NCBI GenBank assembly: GCA_044226485.1
Contig: JBGAGY010000002.1
Span: 336,176 to 400,175, forward strand
Length of the DNA stretch: 64,000 bases
Source: Anaerolineales bacterium
GTDB taxonomy: Bacteria > Chloroflexota > Anaerolineae > Anaerolineales > UBA6663
Direction of reading: 5' to 3'
Under the pieces are notes generated by a model. It worked only from the letters and a program-made list of their open reading frames with translations, was not told the origin of the DNA and ran no database searches. This document shows positions 57,414-64,000 of this stretch, piece by piece; the stretch's first letter is position 1, and each line of letters starts with the position of its first letter. A program made the position numbers and the translations under genes.

Positions 57414-58430
57414 ATGGCCCTAGTTTTTTCCGCCATCGCGGCCGGCGGTCTGGTCGGCGCGGCAAATCAGTACGCGTGTTTGCTGGTCGTGGCCATCGCG
57501 GCGCGAGCCGGGCTTGTGACCCTATCGGAGCCGATGGCCTTCATGGGCGATTGGTGGTTCATCGCAGTCGTCGCGGTGCTCTGGCTGATCTCGGTGGCGC
57601 CGTCGTTCTCGCAGCATCTGGCGCCCGGCGTCATGCACGCCGTCAACTGGCTGACCCACTTCGTCAACGGTTTCGTCGTGCCGGTGTCGTCGGCCTTGAT
57701 CGGCCTGGCGGCGGCCGGCGTCATCCTCAACCTCGATCCCAACTTCAAGCACCTGTACGAGACTCTTCAGATCTTTTCGACCAATGGCGGGCTCACCGGT
57801 GAGGGCGTGGCGGTCGCAGGCGGCAGCGCCGCTGCGGCTGTGACTCTGACCGCCGTGAAGGGCCTGGCCAAGCCCATGATCAGCACGAGCTCGGGCACGG
57901 CCGGAACCCTGTCGGCGCCAGCTTTCACGATTGCCGAGAACATCGCAGCGATCGTGCTGATGGGCCTGGTGTACGGGCTGTCGCAAATCGATCCGCGGCT
58001 CTTGATCGGGCTGGCTGTCGTTGTCGGCCTCTTCACGCTGGCGCTCCTGGCTTACGGCCTGTATCAGCTCTACCGCTTGAAGAAGGGCATCGGGCGTCTG
58101 ATGGCGCTCGCGCAGCGCGATCCGCGAGCCGGCCTGGCTGTGGCGGCTGAGTTTGGCGTGTGGGGCATCGGCTGGATGGCTTACGGCCACTACGGCCGCG
58201 CCGTCATCTCACTGTGCGCCTGGGCGCTGTGGCTGGCCGTGTTCGTGGCCGCGCAGACCGGTGTGACGGCCCTGCTGGCCGTGGCGCCGCCGCTGATCCC
58301 GCTCGGGATCGTGGTGGCCAACGTCGCGTTGCTGGGCGTGTTCTTCTTCATCGGCACTGCGTCGGCGCGGTCGTTGATGCGCGAAGTCGAGCGCGCCACC
58401 ATGCTGCCCGCGATGGCGGCGTCGGCCTGA
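57414..58430 (+). CDS. DUF4126-like membrane protein
   Basis: GAANQYACLL N-terminal pattern, multiple TM; AAGGAGG RBS. Confidence 0.7.
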   Translation: MALVFSAIAAGGLVGAANQYACLLVVAIAARAGLVTLSEPMAFMGDWWFIAVVAVLWLISVAPSFSQHLAPGVMHAVNWLTHFVNGFVVPVSSALIGLAAAGVILNLDPNFKHLYETLQIFSTNGGLTGEGVAVAGGSAAAAVTLTAVKGLAKPMISTSSGTAGTLSAPAFTIAENIAAIVLMGLVYGLSQIDPRLLIGLAVVVGLFTLALLAYGLYQLYRLKKGIGRLMALAQRDPRAGLAVAAEFGVWGIGWMAYGHYGRAVISLCAWALWLAVFVAAQTGVTALLAVAPPLIPLGIVVANVALLGVFFFIGTASARSLMREVERATMLPAMAASA

Positions 58431-58453
58431 GCCGCGCTTCGTCAAACACCTCG

Positions 58454-58891
58454 ATGGCAGAACGACTGACGTCCGGACAGTTCATGGCCGCGCTACCGGA
58501 AACGGTGCGCGGCCATGTCGTTCCAGCCTGGCGCGGCTTCCGCAGCCAGCATCGCGCCTGGCTGTGCCAGCTGTACTTCGCCGACCCGGCGCTTCACTAC
58601 GAAGTGTGGAACATGGGCGAGCGTCGCGGCAAGCTCGAGCTCGGCCTGCACTTCGAGAGCCGCGACAAAGACCGCAACCACCGGCTGATGCAACAGATGT
58701 CGATGGCCATGGTCGCTGTCAAGGCCACCCTCGGCGAGGCGTGGGAATGCGAGACCTGGGATCGGGGCTGGACCAAGGTGTACACCACAGTTCCGTACGA
58801 ACCTTTTTCGCGCACCTATCTCGACAGCGTCGCGCGCGACCTCGCCCGAGCCATCGAGGTGCTGCAGCCTCTGCTCGAGCGCGCCCGCTAG
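58454..58891 (+). CDS. Hypothetical protein
   Basis: LHYEVW..ELGLHFES..WDRGWTK; followed by a terminator. Confidence 0.7.
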   Translation: MAERLTSGQFMAALPETVRGHVVPAWRGFRSQHRAWLCQLYFADPALHYEVWNMGERRGKLELGLHFESRDKDRNHRLMQQMSMAMVAVKATLGEAWECETWDRGWTKVYTTVPYEPFSRTYLDSVARDLARAIEVLQPLLERAR

Positions 58892-58926
58892 TCACCAGAT
58901 CCAGAGCAGACAGACTCCACGAATAT

Positions 58927-58962
58927 GGAGCGAGCCGATGAGCGGTTCGCTCCTTTTCTTTT
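58927..58962 (+). terminator. Rho-independent terminator
   Basis: GGAGCGAGCCG-atgag-CGGTTCGCTCC then TTTTCTTTT. Confidence 0.8.
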
Positions 58963-59159
58963 CGAACGCGTCGTTTGGTTAGGGAGCGACTCAGACAAAG
59001 ATTTTTTAAGGAATGCGCCTGTTGACTCTCGGATGAACGGGCGTAGAGTCCGGGCATACCGAAAAGCCTCACGAGGCATTCGGCTGATCCAACCAAACGT
59101 TGCAGCCGAAACAGGCTGGCGACGCAGACCGGCGGAACCGCCCGACGCGTTCTTCGAAA
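58960..59159. ncRNA. Candidate structured ncRNA or MITE, family unassigned
   Basis: End-to-end pairing plus at least five internal stems (see findings). Confidence 0.4.
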
Positions 59160-59348
59160 CGCTTGCATCGGGAATTGATGCCCTCACAACCTGCCGGCAC
59201 CGCTTCGTCGTTCTGTATCGGTTGTCTCGTTGCGCGGCCAGTGCGGGTCAGCAAGTACGTCGTCTCGTGGGGCTTTTCTTCGTCTATCGCTGAGAGCGGC
59301 ACGGTGCCGCTCTCGTTTTGTGTCGGGCACCCGTGGTAGAGTGCCGGC

Positions 59349-59849
59349 ATGTCGACCTCCCCTGAACCCAATCAGAGCCGAACGACCGATCTGCTCGTCG
59401 CGATCGGTTACATCCTCGGCGTGTCGTATCCCCTGCTGGCGCTGTCGACCGGCGTGCGCGCGATCTATCAGGCCTTTGTGCGATCTGACCTCTCAGCGCT
59501 TTCGATCGCGCTGTCGGGTCTGGCCTCGCTGATTTATCTGGCGGCCGCCGTTGCGTTCTTCACCAAACGGCGGTGGGCCTGGCGCGTGGGCGTCGCGGCG
59601 CTGGCATTCGAAACAATCATGGTCCTGGCGGTCGGCACCTGGAGCTACGTGTCGCCGAACATCATCGCGCACACGGTCTGGGCCCACTTCGGAGCCGACT
59701 ATGGCTACTTTCCGCTCATTCAGCCGCTGCTCGGCCTGACCTGGCTGATCTGGCCTGAGACGTTGCGTCGATTCGGCTTTTCGGTGGAAGCGAGTGCGGG
59801 CCTGGGCGGAGCGCTGCGCGCTGCCGCTCGGGCGCTGTGGGCGGGCTAG
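59349..59849 (+). CDS. Membrane hypothetical protein (4 TM)
   Basis: Hydrophobic ORF, WAHFGADYGYFPL; ATG 6 nt after TAGAGT. Confidence 0.75.
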   Translation: MSTSPEPNQSRTTDLLVAIGYILGVSYPLLALSTGVRAIYQAFVRSDLSALSIALSGLASLIYLAAAVAFFTKRRWAWRVGVAALAFETIMVLAVGTWSYVSPNIIAHTVWAHFGADYGYFPLIQPLLGLTWLIWPETLRRFGFSVEASAGLGGALRAAARALWAG

Positions 59850-61219
59850 GGCGCGATGGTCGCCGCCGGCTCGGGAAGCTCCATCACGTTGAAGAAGATC
59901 TCGGCGGCCTGAGGGTCGAAGTGCGTGCCGACGTTGGCGCGGATGTGGCTGGTTACTTCCGGCAAGGGCATCGCCGCGCGGTATGGGCGGTCCGAGGTGA
60001 GCGCGTCCCACACGTCCGCGAGGGCGAAGAGCCGGGCCGGTAGCGGGATCTCGTCTCCGCGCAGGCCGCGAGGATACCCACCGCCGTCCCAGCGTTCGTG
60101 GTGGCAATAAGGGATGTCGAGCGCGGGGCGCAGGAACTCGATCGGCATCAGCATCTGGTAAGCGTGGATCGGATGCTGCTCCATGATCAGGCGTTCTTCA
60201 GGCGTCAGGCGACCGGGCTTCAGCAAGATCGCGTCAGGCACGCCCATCTTGCCGATGTCGTGCAAGAGCGCGCCGCGGCGGACGTTGTCGAGGGCTTCGC
60301 CTTCGAAGTTGACGGCGCGGGCAAGACGCACCGTGATGTCCGTGACGCGCTGGCTGTGGCCCTGCGTCTCCTGATCGCGGAGTTCCAGCGCGCGCGCCCA
60401 ACCGGCGAGGGTGGCGTCATAGGCGTCAAGCAGGTCGCGGTGCAGCATGCGGATCTGCATCTCGGCCAGCCGGCGCTCCGAGATGTCGCGCGCGATCACC
60501 TGCACCAACTGGCGCCCATCGATGACCAGTTCGCCGCTCACCAGCTCGGCCGCTGTGTTCAGACCGTCGCTTCTGACGAGCTGGACTTCGATGCGGGCGT
60601 TACGGCTCGGGCGCTGGAAGATCTGGGCGATGTGAGCTGAGACGCGCGGGCTGTCTTTGGGGTTCACGAGCAGCGTGAAGGGCCGACCGATGAGGTCGGC
60701 GGCGCCCGGAAGCCCGAGCATGCGCGCCAGCGTGTCGTTGGCGTGCTGGATGATCGCGGCGCCATCGAGCACTGCGATGCCGTCGGGCGAGAGCTCGGCC
60801 AGTCGGCTGAAGCGCGCGCGCTCGGCCTGCATGGTGCGGTAGCGGTTGAGGCGCGTGATCGTGCGCAGCCGCGCGCGAAGCTCTTCGGGGTCGGGTGGCT
60901 TCGTGATGAAGTCGTCGGCGCCGGCCTCGAGCCCGCGCAGGCGATGCTCGCGCTCGCTCAGGCCCGTCATCATCAGGATCGGCACCTCGGCCAGGTCTGG
61001 GTCGGCGCGCAGGCGCGCGCATACCGTGAAGCCGTCGAGATCCGGCAGGAGCACATCGAGCAGAATAACGTCGGGGCGAAGTTGAGCGGCGAGGGCGAGG
61101 CCTTCCTGCCCATCGGCAGCGAACGCCAGCTGATAGCCCTGTCGGCCCAGGATGCCCTGGACCATCTTGCGGGCGCTCAGCGAGTCGTCGACGATCAGGA
61201 TCGTGCTGTTGACGGCCAT
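59846..61219 (-). CDS. Response regulator - PAS - HD-GYP cyclic di-GMP phosphodiesterase
   Basis: ILIVDD, DVILLD, GADDFITKP; PAS; HSQRV, LHDIGK, HHERWDGGGYP. Confidence 0.93.
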   Translation of the reverse strand: MAVNSTILIVDDSLSARKMVQGILGRQGYQLAFAADGQEGLALAAQLRPDVILLDVLLPDLDGFTVCARLRADPDLAEVPILMMTGLSEREHRLRGLEAGADDFITKPPDPEELRARLRTITRLNRYRTMQAERARFSRLAELSPDGIAVLDGAAIIQHANDTLARMLGLPGAADLIGRPFTLLVNPKDSPRVSAHIAQIFQRPSRNARIEVQLVRSDGLNTAAELVSGELVIDGRQLVQVIARDISERRLAEMQIRMLHRDLLDAYDATLAGWARALELRDQETQGHSQRVTDITVRLARAVNFEGEALDNVRRGALLHDIGKMGVPDAILLKPGRLTPEERLIMEQHPIHAYQMLMPIEFLRPALDIPYCHHERWDGGGYPRGLRGDEIPLPARLFALADVWDALTSDRPYRAAMPLPEVTSHIRANVGTHFDPQAAEIFFNVMELPEPAATIAP

Positions 61220-61304
61220 GACGGCCTCATTGTAGAAGTGTTGGCCGACCGGGGTCTGCTTTTTTACAATCACTTAATCGGGTTTGTGGCGAGGCCTGCA
61301 TAAC

Positions 61305-61336
61305 AAAAAGGAGCGGCCCGAACGGCCGCTCCTTTT
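61305..61336. terminator. Bidirectional terminator
   Basis: AAAAGGAGCGGCC-cgaac-GGCCGCTCCTTTT. Confidence 0.85.
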
Positions 61337-61354
61337 ACGTCGATTGAAGGCGGG

Positions 61355-62155
61355 TCAGACGACCCGGCGGGCGGCGATGGGGTCATCGACGATCAGGCCG
61401 TCGACACCGAAGGCAGTAAGGAAGCGGTACGTGAGAGGGCTCTCGACGGCGTTCATCCACACGAACACGCCGCGGCCCTCGTTGTGCGCCTGGCGCACCA
61501 GACCCGGATTGAGCAAGACCATCTCGGCCGGCGGGCACACGTACTCGGCATCCGCGGGCGGCCAACTCACGTCGAGGGCTCCGACGTCGTACAGAGCACC
61601 CAGGCGCGCCATCGGGCTGAGTTGTCGAACCCGGCGCAGGCTGTCCCAGTCGAACGACTGCAACACGGTCCGATCGAGATAGCCGGCGCTCTCGAGCAAG
61701 GCGAGCACACGCTCCTCGAGGCCCGGGTACTTCGCTGGCGACTTGAGCTCGACGAGCAACTCGACGTCGGCCTCGCGGGCCAGGTCGATCAGTTCCTGCA
61801 GGGTGGGGATGCGCTCGCCGTTGCCGGCGTCGAGCTCGCGTAGCTCGGCCAGCGTGCGGGCGCCGATGTCGCCGTAGCCGTTGGTGGTGCGCTCGAGCGT
61901 GTCGTCATGGAAGACGACGACCTGCCCATCGGCAGTGAGTTGCACATCGCATTCGAGCATATCAGCGCCGGCTGCCGCCCCATGGGCGAAGGCCGCCAAC
62001 GTGTTTTCGGGCGCATAGCGCGCGCCGCCGCGATGGGCGATCACGCGCCGCCGCTCGAGCGTTGGCGTGCGCATGGCATATTGAGTCAGGTAATACGCGG
62101 CCGTGCCGGCGGCCGCCAGGCCGAGGAAGGCGGGAAGGCGATTACGTCGCGACAT
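61355..62155 (-). CDS. Glycerophosphodiester phosphodiesterase
   Basis: IAHRGG..APENTLAAF, ECDVQLTADG, HDDTLERTT, IPTLQE, ELK. Confidence 0.92.
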   Translation of the reverse strand: MSRRNRLPAFLGLAAAGTAAYYLTQYAMRTPTLERRRVIAHRGGARYAPENTLAAFAHGAAAGADMLECDVQLTADGQVVVFHDDTLERTTNGYGDIGARTLAELRELDAGNGERIPTLQELIDLAREADVELLVELKSPAKYPGLEERVLALLESAGYLDRTVLQSFDWDSLRRVRQLSPMARLGALYDVGALDVSWPPADAEYVCPPAEMVLLNPGLVRQAHNEGRGVFVWMNAVESPLTYRFLTAFGVDGLIVDDPIAARRVV

Positions 62156-62247
62156 GCGAGGATCATACCGCATTCGCGCCGCGGCGCAGGGAGCCGGGAA
62201 GCGAGGATCGACGGCGGCACCGCCCAGCGACGTGTTTTGTCGTCATC

Positions 62248-62273
62248 GCAGGGGCCACGCTTGCGTGGCCCCT
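62248..62273. repeat. REP-like palindrome downstream of purA
   Basis: AGGGGCCACGC-tt-GCGTGGCCCCT. Confidence 0.65.
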
Positions 62274-62279
62274 CGTCGA

Positions 62280-63584
62280 TCACAACCGGATCATCTGGCT
62301 GCGTTCAGGCCCGACCGACACCAGTGAGACCGGCACGCCGGTAAGCGTGCTGATGCGTTCGATGTAGGCCCTGGCCGCGGCGGGCAGGTCGTCGGGCCGG
62401 CGCGCGGCGCTGACGTCTTCGGCCCAGCCGCCGAGGTCTTCGTATTCGGCGGTGAAGGGCGCAAGATCCGCCGGCCCGAACGGCAGTTCGGTATGCCGCC
62501 GGCCGTCGACGTCGCGGTAGGCCGTGCACAGGCGGATGCGCTCGAGGCCGCTGAGGACGTCGAGCTTGGTGAGCACCAGTTCGCTCAGGCCGTTGATGCG
62601 GATGGCGTAACGCAGCAGCACCAGGTCGAGCCAGCCGCAGCGGCGCGGCCGGCCGGTGGTCGTGCCGTACTCGTCCCACGGGTTGGCGCCCGTTCCGCGC
62701 AGCCGTTCGGCTTCGACGCCGAAAGCCTCGGTCGGAAAGGGGCCCTCGCCGACGCGGGTCTGGAAGACCTTTGTGACGCCGATGATGCGATCGATGTAGC
62801 CTGGGCCGACACCGAGCCCGGTGAGCACGCCGCCGGTCGTCGGCGACGAGCTCGTGACGAACGGATAGGTGCCATGGTCGATGTCGAGGAGCGAGCCCTG
62901 CGCGCCCTCGGCGATGACCCGCGCGCCGGCCTTGAGGCGGCCATCGAGATACAGCGACGTCTCGGTGATGAACGGCGCCAGTGCCCTGGCATGATCGGCG
63001 TACTCGGCCGCGACGGCAGCGGCATCCAGCGGGGCGGCGCCGTACAGGCCGGTCAGGGTCTTGTTGACCTGCGCCACGTGCGCCTCGATTTTGTCGGCCA
63101 GCGCCTCGGGCTCGGTGAAGAGCTCGGCGCGCAGGCCGCCGCGCGAGATCTTGGCGGTGTAGGCCGGGCCGATGCCGCGGCCGGTCGTGCCGATCTTGTC
63201 GGCGCCGCGCGCAGCCTCCTCGGCCTGATCGAGCGCGACGTGCGCTGGCGTGATCAGGTGAGCGGCGTGCGAGATCTTGAGACGCTCGGGCGTGAGCGTG
63301 ACGCCGGTCTGTGCCAGCGTCGCGAGTTCCGCGCGCAGGCGGGCCGGGTTGATCACCATGCCGTTGCCGAGCACGTTGACGGTGCGCGGCTGGATCACGC
63401 CCGAGGGCAGCAGATGCAGCTTGAACGTCCGCGCGGCAGCGCCTTCGCCCACGGTGACGGTGTGTCCGGCGTTGTCGCCGCCCGAGAACCGCGCCGTGAT
63501 GTCCGCCTCTTCAGAGAGCAGATCCGTGACGCGGCCCTTGCCCTCATCACCCCATTGAGCGCCGAGGAGAATGGTGAGACCCAT
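62280..63584 (-). CDS. purA: Adenylosuccinate synthase
   Basis: GAQWGDEGKG, NAGHT, IGTTGRGIGPAY, EGAQG, EYGTTTGRPRRCGW, TKLDVL. Confidence 0.97.
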   Translation of the reverse strand: MGLTILLGAQWGDEGKGRVTDLLSEEADITARFSGGDNAGHTVTVGEGAAARTFKLHLLPSGVIQPRTVNVLGNGMVINPARLRAELATLAQTGVTLTPERLKISHAAHLITPAHVALDQAEEAARGADKIGTTGRGIGPAYTAKISRGGLRAELFTEPEALADKIEAHVAQVNKTLTGLYGAAPLDAAAVAAEYADHARALAPFITETSLYLDGRLKAGARVIAEGAQGSLLDIDHGTYPFVTSSSPTTGGVLTGLGVGPGYIDRIIGVTKVFQTRVGEGPFPTEAFGVEAERLRGTGANPWDEYGTTTGRPRRCGWLDLVLLRYAIRINGLSELVLTKLDVLSGLERIRLCTAYRDVDGRRHTELPFGPADLAPFTAEYEDLGGWAEDVSAARRPDDLPAAARAYIERISTLTGVPVSLVSVGPERSQMIRL

Positions 63585-63599
63585 GGCAAATTCCTGTTG

Positions 63600-63666
63600 G
63601 TCATGGGCTGAGGGTGATGGGCGATTGAAGACTCAATCGCCAAACACCCACAGCCCATGACCCATG
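63600..63666. repeat. Heptamer inverted-repeat element (CATGGG type)
   Basis: GTCATGGGCTG ... CAGCCCATGAC arms with inner GGCGATTGA/TCAATCGCC stem. Confidence 0.7.
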
Positions 63667-64000
63667 CTAGTACGCTCCGCTGCCGAACAGCACGCGCGGG
63701 ATCGTGCGGAGCATGATTTGAATATCGAGCGCGAGCGACCAGTTCTCGATGTAGTAGATGTCGAGCAGACACATCTCGTCGAACGTGAGATCGCTGCGGC
63801 CTGAAACCTGCCAGAGGCCGGTGATGCCCGGCTTGACCTCGAGACGCTGGCGGTGCCAGGGCTGATAGCGAGCGACTTCGCTGGGCAGACCCGGACGCGG
63901 GCCGACCACGCTCATCTCGCCCTTGAGCACGTTGAGAAACTGAGGGATCTCGTCGACGCTGGTCCGGCGCAGCAGCCGACCGAAGCGCGTCTGGCGCGGG
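63667..64000 (-). CDS. Priming glycosyltransferase (bacterial sugar transferase), 3' part
   Basis: [49 protein letters not shown]; runs off the window. Confidence 0.93.
   Translation of the reverse strand, partial: PRQTRFGRLLRRTSVDEIPQFLNVLKGEMSVVGPRPGLPSEVARYQPWHRQRLEVKPGITGLWQVSGRSDLTFDEMCLLDIYYIENWSLALDIQIMLRTIPRVLFGSGAY

Noticed and set aside
58927-58953. Group II intron domain V (GAGCCG...CGGTTCG)
   Set aside because: Far too short, followed by a T tract, and no RT gene or other domains; best read as a terminator
59090-59145. c-di-GMP-I riboswitch (CAAAC..GAAA..GACGCAGA resemblance)
   Set aside because: Conserved GGCAAA and GCAAA positions are altered, no P3 tetraloop-receptor is evident, and the downstream gene appears leaderless
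58925-59293. 122-aa ORF across the structured region
   Set aside because: Starts inside a terminator, has no RBS or motif, and shows atypical codon usage
670-63611. Numerous long alternative-frame and antisense ORFs in the track (e.g. 2004-3284, 6203-7378, 19720-21219, 22861-24282, 51867-53897, 62493-63611)
   Set aside because: They overlap well-supported genes, lack recognisable motifs and are expected shadows in GC-rich DNA

Overview
GC-rich bacterial chromosome segment, most likely Chloroflexota (Anaerolineae-like). This is inferred from gene content, YLP-motif exported proteins, a Gram-positive-type LexA box and many leaderless promoters. Housekeeping genes (add, mutM, dnaE, a 2-oxoacid:ferredoxin oxidoreductase operon, a CoA-transferase, purA, a priming glycosyltransferase) are interspersed with many small accessory genes. 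Main points: (1) A divergent module at 9.4-15.3 kb. A SARP/BTAD-STAND-TPR regulator faces an operon of a 72-aa unknown protein, a collapsed FG-GAP pseudogene and an intact secreted FG-GAP beta-propeller, with an 11-bp-period heptamer direct repeat (SARP-type site) in the 78-bp spacer. (2) An intact integron integrase convergent with dnaE, with a LexA-like box in its promoter, a candidate attI, and only eroded attC-like traces. (3) At least four families of short inverted-repeat elements. One sits in frame inside DNA polymerase III alpha and two appear to have rewritten protein C-termini. (4) A ~190-nt highly self-complementary intergenic element at 59 kb (candidate ncRNA or MITE). (5) A small alarmone-hydrolase-like HD gene followed by a gene with primase-polymerase (AEP)-like motifs. 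No rRNA, tRNA, CRISPR array, transposase or prophage was recognised. All assignments come from reading motifs by eye; no searches were run.
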